63,983 bases of DNA, filler included, from Octopus bimaculoides (GCF_001194135.2; 6 parts of 6 records of this genome joined end to end with filler, not necessarily neighbours in it); one strand, 5' to 3'. Shown: positions 51,082 through 63,286, counted from the whole stretch's first letter. Notes: generated from the sequence alone by a model not told the origin. Numbers and translations are program-made.

Positions 51082-53495
51082 ATGAAGAAAGGATGGGAGG
51101 AGGAGAGGTTGAAGTAGAGGTAGGAATCTGTGGGTTTGAAGAAGGCGGAGGTGGTGAGAGAGTGGGAGGGGTGGTCAATGGTAAGAGAGATATCAAGGAA
51201 GTTAACAGAGGTGTTAAAGATAGTAGAGGTGAATTGGAGAGAAGGGTGGAAGTTAGAGAGGAAAGAGATGAAGTGGCAGAGTTGTTCACTGGAGAGAGAG
51301 GTGGCACCTATACAGTCGTCTATGTAGCGACTGTATAGCTCTGGGGTTGGCCCGGAGAATTGAAAGAATGCTTGGGCCTCAATGTGACCAATAAAGAGCT
51401 TAGCGAAATTGGGGCCCATTCTCGTTCCCATCACGACCCCAGACAACTGTTGGTAGGTTTCCCCGGCGAACGTAGAGCAGTTGGGGGTGAGGACGAGCTC
51501 TGCCAGGCGAAGAAGGGGGGTGCTGGGTGTGGGGTCAGGGCGACGGTTGAGGAAGTTTTGGAGGGCTATCACCGTGTATAAGGATTTGATGGGGAATCAC
51601 CGTGTATAAGGATTTGATGTCCAAGGTGAAGAGGTGTGAGGAGCCGGGAGGGAAGGAAAAGGAATTGAAGAGGTGAAGGGTATGTTTAGTGTCGTATATG
51701 TGGGATGGGAGGGCAGCAACTAAAGGGGACAGGATGCGGTCAAGGTATTTGGAAATGAGTTCGGCGGGGCNNNNNNNNNNNNNNNNNNNNNNNNNNNNNN
51801 NNNNNNNNNNNNNNNNNNNNNNNNNNNNNNNNNNNNNNNNNNNNNNNNNNNNNNNNNNNNNNNNNNNNNNNNNNNNNNNNNNNNNNNNNNNNNNNNNNNN
51901 NNNNNNNNNNNNNNNNNNNNNNNNNNNNNNNNNNNNNNNNNNNNNNNNNNNNNNNNNNNNNNNNNNNNNNNNNNNNNNNNNNNNNNNNNNNNNNNNNNNN
52001 NNNNNNNNNNNNNNNNNNNNNNNNNNNNNNNNNNNNNNNNNNNNNNNNNNNNNNNNNNNNNNNNNNNNNNNNNNNNNNNNNNNNNNNNNNNNNNNNNNNN
52101 NNNNNNNNNNNNNNNNNNNNNNNNNNNNNNNNNNNNNNNNNNNNNNNNNNNNNNNNNNNNNNNNNNNNNNNNNNNNNNNNNNNNNNNNNNNNNNNNNNNN
52201 NNNNNNNNNNNNNNNNNNNNNNNNNNNNNNNNNNNNNNNNNNNNNNNNNNNNNNNNNNNNNNNNNNNNNNNNNNNNNNNNNNNNNNNNNNNNNNNNNNNN
52301 NNNNNNNNNNNNNNNNNNNNNNNNNNNNNNNNNNNNNNNNNNNNNNNNNNNNNNNNNNNNNNNNNNNNNNNNNNNNNNNNNNNNNNNNNNNNNNNNNNNN
52401 NNNNNNNNNNNNNNNNNNNNNNNNNNNNNNNNNNNNNNNNNNNNNNNNNNNNNNNNNNNNNNNNNNNNNNNNNNNNNNNNNNNNNNNNNNNNNNNNNNNN
52501 NNNNNNNNNNNNNNNNNNNNNNNNNNNNNNNNNNNNNNNNNNNNNNNNNNNNNNNNNNNNNNNNNNNNNNNNNNNNNNNNNNNNNNNNNNNNNNNNNATG
52601 GGAGAGGAAGGGGGTGAAGGATTGAGGCGGTGGGCTTTTGTTTTTTTTGTGTGTGAGGAAATTGTGGAGCTGGTGGTTGAGATTAAGAAGGAACCGGAGA
52701 ATGGGTTGGGTGAAGGTGGAGAGCAGAGGGAGAAGAGGAGGAGGTAAGCTTGGGGAAGTTGGTGGTCAAGAGAGTCAAGGAGGGAGTGGGTGGAACGGAT
52801 GAGGAGGCGGGAAGTGCGGGCGAGGATGGGCTCGATGAGGGGGAGGAGTAGGAGGTGGCGTGGAACATCAAGAGGAGACCACGGAGTGTGACGTGATGGC
52901 AGAGGCAATGACTAAGAAAAGAGAGATGACTAGAGTGGCGAGCTTTTTAAAAAGCAAGTGAGAAAGTTTGTTGCGGGTTGCAAGCATTGGCGGGAGGCAA
53001 GAAAATGGCAAAGAAGGGATTGAAGGTGTTAGAGGAAGGAGTGGAAGTCAGGCATGGTGAAAGGGTGTGAATGTCGGTGTAGGTGTTGTTAGTGGCGACA
53101 AAAAGAGAAAAGTGGAAGTAGAAAGAAGATAAGTAGAAGGAGGACGAGAAAAAGTGGAAAATTCACGGACAAATTGTGATGATTTCCAATCAAAATTAGA
53201 GTGGCATAATCCGAATGAATAGGAGGTACAAGAATTCCAGGAAATGGTTACTCCAAAGTCAATCAGAAGGCCGGGGTCCATGTGAGCGTGCGGTATATAG
53301 TCAATCCAGACGTGAACAAGCAAGAAAAAACAACAACGTGAGGATGTGGAATAAGTACAGTATTATTGGATGCTCAGGAAAGGAAAGAAAAGAAAGAGGA
53401 TTTCACGTTTCGAGCGGAGCTCTTCATCAGAAATATAGAAAAAGTTCAAAGAAGGGAAGACGGAGAAAGAAAATCGCCAACGATACACACACGGT
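51082..53495 (-). mobile_element. Penelope-like element (PLE): terminal-repeat region with hammerhead motif, ORF N-terminus and RT; interrupted by a gap, 3' end lost at an assembly join
   Basis: PLE-type RT motifs: ISKYLDRILSP..HIYDTKH..LFTLDIKSLYTVIPH; LAELVLTPNCSTF..YQQLSGVVMGTRMGPNFAKLF; YSRYIDDCIG; VNFLDISL..FKPTDSYLYFNLSSSHP. N-terminal HLSFLSHCL..LMFH-like segment near 52850-52930. Pyrimidine-rich upstream region carries CTGATGA..GAAAC. Confidence 0.92.
53400..53434 (-). ncRNA. Minimal type I hammerhead ribozyme motif of the PLE
   Basis: Minus strand reads ATTT-CTGATGA-A-GAG-CTCCG-CTC-GAAA-CGT-G-AAAT: canonical core, 3-bp stem II, palindromic ACGT stem III and 4-bp stem I. Position 17 is G, which violates the NUH rule. 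Confidence 0.75.
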
Positions 53496-53982
53496 NNNNN
53501 NNNNNNNNNNNNNNNNNNNNNNNNNNNNNNNNNNNNNNNNNNNNNNNNNNNNNNNNNNNNNNNNNNNNNNNNNNNNNNNNNNNNNNNNNNNNNNNNNNNN
53601 NNNNNNNNNNNNNNNNNNNNNNNNNNNNNNNNNNNNNNNNNNNNNNNNNNNNNNNNNNNNNNNNNNNNNNNNNNNNNNNNNNNNNNNNNNNNNNNNNNNN
53701 NNNNNNNNNNNNNNNNNNNNNNNNNNNNNNNNNNNNNNNNNNNNNNNNNNNNNNNNNNNNNNNNNNNNNGGTATGTGCGCGCGTGCAGGTGTGTGTGTAT
53801 GTGTTTAATGATAGCACGTATATGTGTGTTTGTGTGCGTGTGTGTGGTTGTGGCTGTTTATGTATGTGTGTGGTTGGACTTAATATCGTTTAAGGGCATA
53901 GGAAGAATTTACAGTAAGAATTTTGCTAGGAGTGGCTGTCTGTTGTGTGTCTACTTACACACGTGCGTAGGAGAATGGTCAG

Positions 53983-54018
<36 letters not shown>

Positions 54019-54019
<1 letters not shown>

Positions 54020-57000
54020 ATATATATATATATGGTGGTTGTCTACTCCTTATACAGAGTTTGACCACCTCCTGTACCTACACCTGAGCACCATCATGGC
54101 CTCATGTGATTTTTAAAACCAGACAATGTTCTGAAAAGACACTCACATAGATTGCACCTCTGATTTGGACCACCAAGATCTGCACATAAGCTCTGCCCTT
54201 TGTGGATCTTAAAATGTCTTTCGAAGCCTCCGTTGGATTTGCAAACCTTCTGGCATACATTGCATTCAAAGGTGTGCACAGGCATATAGGCAGAATAAAA
54301 GGTAGAGGTTCGTTTTCCATGGGTTCGCAGATGAAATTTGAGGCCAACAAAAGACAGACATGGTCTGTCACAGACTGTGCACACAAAAAGGTCATTGTCA
54401 TTCACTTTCTCGATCGTTACATTCTTCCTTAGATCTCTTTTGAGTCTTACTTGCGTTATCCTGGCCTCTTCAGATGCTTTCGCTCCACTCCACACCTTTG
54501 TTCGCCATCCAAGGGTTCCTATATCTTCTGGAACCATTCCAAGTGACTTCATAGTAGTCCTTATGTCGTCCTTAAACTTTTTTTTTAGGTTTACGCCGAT
54601 AGCGTTTCCCCTCTGCAAGCTCACCATAAAACAGCTGTTTCGGCATGCATTCATCCGCCATTCGAACAATATGGCCACACCATCTCAATTGGTTCCTCAA
54701 AATCATAGCTATAATTGAGGTGATGCTCGCAGATGCAAGGACATCTGTGTTTGGAGTAAAAGAACTCCATTTAATGTTTAAAATGCGATGAAGGCATTTT
54801 TGGTGGAATTGTTCTAACAATTTAAAATGTCTTTCATAACAAGTCCAAATTTCACAGGAATACAATAGGGATGTTAAGACAAATGATTTGTAAAGAGCCA
54901 GCTTTGTATTCTTATTTATATGTCGCTGGCACCAAACGTGTGATTCCAAGCCACTAAATGCTTTTGCTGCCCTTTGAATTCGCAGCTGTATTTCGGTGTC
55001 AAGATTTCCATCATTTTGAACAGAGCTTCCAAGGTAGAGGAAATAATCGACAACCTTGAGTAACTTTCCCTTAACAAAAATTTTAGTGGGGTTACAGACA
55101 GCATCACACGCAGGTTGATACATTACAACTGTTTTCTTTTTTTCAAGTTGATGGTCGAGCCAAAATCATCACAAGCTGAGTCAAAGGGATTGCAGACCTG
55201 TTACAGAATGACTGACAAGATCGCAATCGTCAGCATACAAAAGTTTCCCAATGAGTGAAGTAAAAACCTTCGTTTTGAATTTCAGTCTGGCCAGATTAAA
55301 AACATTCCCTGTTGTTCGATATTTTATGTAAATACCCTCCTCAGAGTTTTAAAAATCATATGGCAACACAACAGCAAAGTATATTGCAAAGAAGGTGGGT
55401 GCATCAAGGTCTCCTTGCTTTACTCCATTTTCCACAGCAAAAGATTCAGAGGGCCTACCACCAAAATTAACTGTAGCTTTCATATCTTGATGCAAAGCCC
55501 TGATCATGTTTAGACATTTTTGGGGGCAACATATTTTCCTTAGAATTAGCCACAGAGCATTTCTATTAACAGTATCGAATGCTTTGCTCAAATCAACAAA
55601 GCAGTGGTAAAGGACAAGATTCTGTTCAATGCATTTTTCTTGCAATTGTCTGTGCCCCTGGAAGAGCGAAAACCACACTGAGATTCAGACATTATATTTG
55701 AAACTATTAAAACGTTCTAATAATGCAGTCAAGTACCTTTCTAACCACAGACAAAAGCGAAGTACCACGAAAATTACCACACAGATCTTTTGGCACCAAT
55801 TTATACAAGGCGACTAAAATGGCATCAATCCAGTCTTGAGGCACTTACTCAGTTCTCCAGCAGTGACAAATTAATATATTTAAGAGTTCAAACATTTTGT
55901 CACCCCCATATTTCAAAACTTCTGCACAGATTCCATCAGACCCTGGAGACTTACTGTTATTCACTGCTGAATAAATGTTATTTAGAGTTGGTTCAAATGC
56001 CATCTCAACTATAACTGGAAGGTGTTCAATTTTTTCTATAGTCCTCATGTTAACGGATGATGGTCTCTTCAAAAGGGTAGAAAAATATTCTACCCAACGC
56101 TTATGAATAGAAGCGTTGTCAGGCAGAAGCATACGTCCATTTGCTGTTCTCACTGGAGCTATTGAGGAAGAGTACAAACCCTTGGCATCATTTCTATCAG
56201 CTGCTTCGTGTGCTCCTTTTGCTCTATCATTCTACCATTCCTGTTCAGTTTTCTTTAGAGCAGTCTGCACTTTCTTTTTCAGCTTTCTGTAAGCTTTGTT
56301 TGAGTTGGGGTTCAAGGACTGAGAAAGAAGTGTATTGTCTAAGTTTTGTTTTTCTAAAAGTAGATCATGAATTTCTGCTGATCTATCTCAGAAACAGTCA
56401 CTGGACTTGCACGATTTAAATCCCACAGATGAACTTGCAGCCTGAAATACTTTTGTTTTGAAATCTTCCTATAGATTGTTTGGGTCAAGATTCATACTCT
56501 TTATAGCATTGTGGAATCTTTGCAAGTTGCTTGATAATTTAAATTTTGCAACATTTAACTTTTTGGGCACCTTAGGACCAGACTGTCAATTTCTAGGCAT
56601 TATTGAAAAATCTATTTTTCCACGCACCAGATAATGGTCAGTCCACCTCCTCTCGTGACCCGAATGCTAGAAACATCTTGCATATCACGTTTCCTGATCA
56701 AAATATAATCTATGAGATGCCAGTGCTTAGATCCTGGGTGCATCCAGGTGGCTTTATATTTATTTTGCTGCTTAAACAGAGTGTTGGTGACAACTTGATT
56801 ATTCTCAATACAAAACGTCAAAAGAGCTACTCCATTTTTATTGTATTTTCCAACATGAAACATAGTCCTCTCCAACTCTTGCATTGAAATCTCCCAATAT
56901 GACCAGCTTGTCAGAAATTGGTATTTTCCGTGCTAGATCATCATAAAACTGTCCTACAGTTTCATCAGAATGAGACATTGCTGGTGCGTAAATACTGACA

Positions 57001-57185
57001 ACGGTATTATTATCTATATTAATGATATTAATAAGGTAATATACATTACTTATTGATGTATTCAACGCAAGGGCAAGCCTATCTCTTATATGTCCATTGC
57101 ATTGCTCGTGTGCACCTTTATTGTGAGTTTCTGGTGGTTTTCAAGCCTTGGCTTTCGTTTTAGCAAGTGGTATTGTATACCCTGC
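54019..57185 (-). mobile_element. RTE-clade non-LTR retrotransposon, near full length but decayed (APE endonuclease + RT + three C-terminal C2H2 fingers, (TA)n tail)
   Basis: Minus-strand fragments occur in the expected order: AGYT..IRDRL (57185-57070); VVSIYAP..LVILGDFNARVGED; NGVALLTFC..TNTLF..ATWMHPGSKHWHLIDYILIR (APE); KSPGSDGICAE; ESQCGFR; RQLQEKC..CFVDLSKAFDTVNR..ENGVKQGD..APTFF; LLYADDC (~55235-55255); FLYLGS..RNQLRWCGHIVRM..PKQLFYGEL; then C2H2 fingers. Several stops and frameshifts. Confidence 0.95.
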
Positions 57186-57209
57186 TCTATCTATCTATCT
57201 ATCTATCTA

Positions 57210-57252
<43 letters not shown>

Positions 57253-57352
57253 NNNNNNNNNNNNNNNNNNNNNNNNNNNNNNNNNNNNNNNNNNNNTTAA
57301 TTAATTAANNNNNNNNNNNNNNNNNNNNNNNNNNNNNNNNNNNNNNNNNNNN

Positions 57353-57386
<34 letters not shown>

Positions 57387-58904
57387 GACAGGCTTCTTTC
57401 AGTTTCCGTCTGCCAAATCCACTCACAAGGCTTTGATCGACCCGAGGCTATAGACACTTGCCCAAGGTGCAACACAGTGGGACTGAACCCGGAACCATGT
57501 GGTTGGTAATCTAGTGTATAATAATTTAAGAGGAAGGACTGTTCTTTCGGGTCCATATATATAACTAATATATATTTTTTTATTTATACCAAACTTGACG
57601 ATTCTAGCGTTTTGATTTTAATTTATGTGATGGTATGGCTATTATTCTTATATTAGAGGGTATTGTAATTTTTCAATTAATCAAATAAAAATGCCATTAA
57701 TTTTTTCTTGTACCTTTAATTACTGTTTGGTGTTACTGATTACCCCTAGCTTTCTCGATTGATCTTTGATGGTTCTAGAATAATACATATCTTGGATAAT
57801 TTAAGTAAATTCTTAGACGAGATGTTATATATTTTCTCCTTGAATTTTAATTCTTTCCCATCAATTTTCCTTAATTTAATATTATTCTAGTTCCTCGTAT
57901 CTTATCTATTGATCAACCTTCCTGTCATTTTTTTTTTTTTTAGTTCTAATTATCTTTTCTTTATTGAGATTTTGTATTTGAGTATATTCTGCAATTTAAA
58001 TTCTTAGAATTTTTAAATATAAATCATGGTATATTATAAATAGAATAATGTTAATGATTATTTTTTCTTTATAACTTAATTAATTTGTTACTCAAGTATA
58101 TGTCTTTATCTGTAGCGTTAGCGGTCAGTAACTTGGTTGACCAAAATAATACATTCTTAGTAATACACTAGGCTTAGCTATATTTTTTTTATCTCTCAGC
58201 AAAACCTTAACTGTAGTATGAACTCCAGACATATATTTCATTATCACTCCAACGGTATCTTCCTTTATAATGTTCACACGTCCCCTCACCTATTTCTGGT
58301 TTTAATTGACAACGGCCAGTTTACTGCTATATCATGTTCACTTTTATATTCTTTGCTATTTGGCAGCTCTGAGGAGGATGTACTGGTGTTGGTTTTTCCT
58401 GATCTATGTAATTCGATTAAATATGAATTGATTAATATGCAGAATAAACGTAACATTCGCGCATTTGAAACGCACGTAAGCAAATTATGGAATATAGATT
58501 ATGCCTTTAAAGTGTAACATTCCCCATTCTTCCTTATTAACAAGGAATCCATGTCAATTTGGATATAAAGATTACGTTTTGGTATTAATACTGCTTCCGT
58601 TGCTAATAGTTAATTTTTGATAAGCCTGCCGGCTATTTGCAACTTTGGTGTTTAAGAAGATGCTGATATTCTATATATCGTAGCAGCGAGGTTTGACTGG
58701 CGTGCAGTGACCGGATGCTTCCCACTAATAATTTCCAATAGAATGAAATTATGTGACAAACGTTTTTCGTCTGATGCGATCTACGTGTGTGCTTTTATGC
58801 AACAAACGCTTATATGAAAGAATTTGTCAAAGTTAATAGCGCAGTATTCAGTGTTCTAACAAGACACCCACATTAAGCTGTATATACATATATATATTAT
58901 GTAA

Positions 58905-59153
58905 GATGTTAACGTAGGGACTGATACTGAGTACCCAGTAGGTGGTCGATGCAACTTCGAGGCTATAGTCAATGAAGCAGAGTTTGTGCCCAGCTGCAGT
59001 AGTAACAGCAGCAGTAGTAGCAACAACAACGTAAGGAATACTTTACAGAAAAATATTGGGGCAACGGAGGGACCCTTTAAGCTGCGACTGAATGACCATA
59101 GGTCTTCTTTAAGGATCCTAGAGAGGCGCAACGTTACTGTAGCACCAAGATAG
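58905..59153 (+). pseudogene. GIY-YIG endonuclease relic of a Penelope-like element
   Basis: From 58929: EYPVGGRCNFEAIVNEAEFV-(S/N run)-KNIGATEGPFKLRLNDHRSSLR. Matches the CPLxGxC..IVYxA..YIGxTExxFKxRxxxHxxSF pattern of PLE GIY-YIG domains; a degraded CNCR-like motif lies upstream. Confidence 0.75.
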
Positions 59154-59159
59154 CATAAC

Positions 59160-60835
59160 GTCAGAACAAAGGAAAAAGAACAAATAGTATGTCATCGGAA
59201 GAAATTGGTAATATAAGAATGAGGAAATTCATGAAGGTGAAAATCAGGAATACAAGTGTTAAAATGCAGTTGGACAGTGGTAGTCACATCGCCATTATAA
59301 ACAATAAAAAAGTGGAAATATGTCGGTATGCTGAAGTTAATTAATTCTAAAATGGTAGCACATGGTGTTACAGGGAAAATATAATTTTCGATGAATTCGG
59401 ATGTAATGTAACATTTCGAGGTCAAACGAAAAAGGCAAAGATATATGTGTTAAAAAGTTCATTTAATTTATTCGGTACAGAGTGGATGAAACTATTCAAA
59501 GTATAGAATACGCCTATAAGTATTTTGTGTGGAAATGTAGTCGGTTCAGTCGAAGGTTTGAATGCGGCTGAGGGATTGAAACAAAAAATTGCTGTAAAAC
59601 AGACTGGAACATCTGTATGTAAGCCAAAACGAAATGAAAAATTGTTCATGATAAAAAGTGAATATTTTTCAAAAGTAGATGTTCCGTGATCGAGACTACA
59701 CATCGATTTCGCTGGTCCTTTAAACGGTTCATACTACTTAGTGGTAGTTGATAGTTTCTCGAAATGGTCAGAAATTTGTAAGTGTTAGAAACCAACTTCC
59801 TCAATTCTGATAACTTTTTTACACGAATTGTTTGCAAGACTTGGCATCCCAGACAAGATAGTGTCTAACAAAGGAACGCAATTTATGTCAAGCGAATTTC
59901 TAAAATTTTGTGAAACGTTCGCTGTAGAACATATAACTACGGCGCCATACCATCCCAGATCTAATGGACAAGCAGAACGATTTCTCGATACCTTCAAAAG
60001 AGCCCTTAGAAAATCGAATGAGGAAGTCACAGATGAGGTAGCTCTACAATAATTTTTAAGAATGTACTGTGTGGCACCAAATCCGAATACACCAGCAGGT
60101 AACTCACCAGCGGAGCTGATGTTTGCAAGGAAAGTAAAATCAGTTTTTGATAAATTGCTACCTAGCAAGAAAAGAAAAAGTGCCAGGGAAGACATAGCAA
60201 GATTCTTTAAAGTTGGCGAAAAGGTATATATAAGCATACAAGAATAGAACGCAGAGTTGGGGAGATGACGTAATTACCAAATGCATGGGTAAAATGATGT
60301 ATTTGATTAAAAAGTAGAAAAGGCATACAAAAGAGACACAAGAACCAACTGAAAAGGGATTCGTGGAAAGCGAACCAAAGAAGTTGGAGGAACCAATGGA
60401 ATGGTTGTACGATACGTTCCAAGTACTAAAGCCACTGCAGGTGATTGAATCCAGGTGTACAAGTGAGAGGAAAAGAAAACATACAGAGTTCATGAAAATA
60501 GATGCCAAGGGAAAAAATATTAAATTGTACGAAAAGAAACTCAATAAATGGAGGTGGAGGTGAATAAAAAAAAATATTGCTAAATAAAATGACACTTTCT
60601 AAGAAAACTTGAAGGGGTGGATGTTGTAGGGAATTACTAATAATGGTACACTCCTCCCACGTGACAAATGGAATAACCTAGTAGCTATAAGTAAAGAGAA
60701 ATACGTGAAGTACTAGAGTACATTGTAGGCAGTCAGGGATAGTCGTGTCTTTATTGGTTTTACTATGTATATTGTATACTAAAGAGGGTGTTATAACAAT
60801 CTAGCATCGTAAGAATACAACATTATAATACAACA
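59160..60835 (+). mobile_element. Decayed Ty3/Gypsy LTR retrotransposon (K02A2.6-like): protease, integrase, PPT and 3' LTR; RT/RNase H and 5' LTR absent
   Basis: MKVKIRNTSVKMQLDSGSHIAIIN (retropepsin, from 59231); SRLHIDFAGPLNGSYYLVVVDSFSKW..LFARLGIPDKIVSNKGTQF..TAPYHPRSNGQAERF..SPAELMFARKVKSVFD (integrase, ~59670-60165); purine tract GAAGGGGTGGA (60611-60621). Confidence 0.9.
60622..60835 (+). repeat. 3' LTR of the Gypsy element
   Basis: Starts TGTTGTA immediately after the PPT and ends TACAACA, a 7-bp terminal inverted repeat with TG...CA ends. An alternative end at 60822 also reads TACAACA. Confidence 0.75.
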
Positions 60836-61798
60836 GAATGAATGTATGTATGTATGTATGTGTGCGTGTATGTATGTATGCACTGCTCATTTGACAGACC
60901 CTGATCAATTCACAAATTTTACCTAAAATAAAATAAATAAGAATAGTAATTTATTTTGGTCTAATGAATATATTATTTAGTGCTTTGAATATTTATTGTT
61001 ATAGCTACGCGTGTATGTGTGTGTGTGTGTGTGAGCGTGTGTGCGTGTGTGCGTGTGTATCTGTGCGTGCGTGAGTACGTGTGTGAGTGTGTGTGTGTGT
61101 GCGCGCGTGTGTGCGTGTGTGTGTGAGCGTGTGTGTGTATTTTTGTGTGTGTGTGTATGCTGTTATTGTTGCTTACACAGCAATTCCTTTTGAATATCAA
61201 GGAAAAAGCATGTATATGAGTAACTGAAAAACAAGGGTTTTATTTTTATATTATCCAGAAATGCTCACAGAATTTCAACAATAATTTCAATCTATTGCTT
61301 TTTTTTTTATCAAACATCACTGCGAAATCTTATATTTACTGAATTTATAGATTCGATTTATGCATTCACGTGCCGCCTAAAAACTGTGACATAAAAAGTA
61401 TTTAATGCCCATTATGTTTAAGAACGAATGCGGAAATTATCTTGCTTTTGTTTTTTGTTTCTTTTTCTTCCCTCTTATACATAAAGAAGTTTAATATTGC
61501 ATATATTTATTCACAATTCCTTTTGCAACACCTAATATACCTGCTAAATTGTGTTAAATGAAATGACTTTATTTCAATCTAATCTCATCTCACAATCAGG
61601 AATGACTTTTAGAGGTTTACAGTACTGTAAATGTTTACCATAACCTTTGGGCGTTTTACGGTGAGTTGGAAACACCATTGTACTCCTTTGTGTTGCGCGC
61701 ACGCACACAAACACACACACACGCATACACACGCAAACATACAAACACACGCATACACACACATAATCAGGACATGGGGAGACTCCAGCCGCTTCCTT

Positions 61799-61832
<34 letters not shown>

Positions 61833-61896
61833 CATCACTGATATCACTGATATTATTGTTTTTATTTTATACTATTTCTCATTTTTACATTAACAG

Positions 61897-61965
61897 ACTC
61901 AGAGGTTACACAAGCCTATACAATTTCCAGCACTGCTCACATGGACAGCCACATAGAAAATGACA
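61897..61965 (+). CDS. Candidate 69-nt phase 1-1 exon, (D)SEVTQAYTISSTAHMDSHIEND
   Basis: Acceptor TTTCTCATTTTTACATTAACAG|, weak donor ACA|GTATTT, in frame with the 48879-48967 candidate. Confidence 0.25.
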
Positions 61966-62895
61966 GTATTTGATCTAGCCTTCTTCAGCGATGTTAGTTG
62001 TAATTTAAAAGAGATTTAACTACTCTTTCTGTCGTGCAGAACGACTTTCCAGAGAGTCCATTGCTCACTTGTAATCTTCTTCATTGAACAGGCTCTTCTT
62101 CAGGCTTATTTTATAGTGCTCTTAGAATAAAAAGGATGTTTACATTTTCGAATACTCAGGGAGAAAGGAAAGGATAGTTATTCACAGAAGTTGTAGATAT
62201 TAAAGTTTGTTTTTTAAGCTGATCGTTTGTGTGTTCGAAAGCTAGTTTCCTAACTTATTTTGAGGGAAATTTAAAATACTCACACGAAATTGTAGATTTT
62301 CCAATCTTTGGGAGTTATTTTACCGTTGTCCTGCTGGGTTATATTAGTGTTTCTGTGTCTTCGGCTGCTGAATGGTCAGAGCATCGAAGATCACGTCCAG
62401 TCGCTGTCAAGGCTGGCGTTTTATCATTATTATTATTATTATTATTATTATTGTTGTTGTTGTTCAGTAGTTTTATTTTTATAACGTGCTTTCACTTCAC
62501 TACCGAGCGCAGCTCTGTGCGCCTTGGGTATGTGCTGTGGTTTGCTGTGGTGCTCTTATGTTTACTGTATTGAAAGTGTTTTGCGTAGAATGTGTGCAGT
62601 ACCCAGTAGTGCAATTTTCTGTATGTTATATATATTTGTAAGTCCTGGTGTTTTTGTTATGTATTTGNNNNNNNNNNNNNNNNNNNNNNNNNNNNNNNNN
62701 NNNNNNNNNNNTTAATTAATTAANNNNNNNNNNNNNNNNNNNNNNNNNNNNNNNNNNNNNNNNNNNNGGTTGCTTTATTCGGTGCAAACATGCAGAATAA
62801 TCTAAATACAACAACAGCAGTGATGGTAAAAAACAACAACAACAACAACAACAACGATTCTAACTGATGAACGAAGGAAGCGATTATTATTATAT

Positions 62896-62951
<56 letters not shown>

Positions 62952-63057
62952 ATATGCACATGTATATACATATACAGATATTATATATATACACATATAT
63001 ATACATGTGTATATACATATATATATACATACACATGTAAATGTGTGTATGTGTGTG

Positions 63058-63099
<42 letters not shown>

Positions 63100-63286
63100 T
63101 ACAAATGCAAACGTCTGTATTTATATATACATGTGCATATACACATATACATACACAGGCACGCATGTGTATATGTGTGTGTGTGTGTGTGTCTGTACAC
63201 ATATATATATATACAACAATTTATATGCATAAATATATAAACATATGCACACAAATATATACATTCATAAATATATACATATACAA

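Noticed and set aside
57600-58900. AT-rich block with hints of a decayed RT, and a possible minus-strand exon near 58285-58395 (AG|GTGAGG)
   Set aside because: Motifs too degraded; weak acceptor and no partner exon.
30369-62723. Recurrent TTAATTAATTAA 12-mer (five copies)
   Set aside because: Always centred between 44 N on each side; an assembly linker, not biology.
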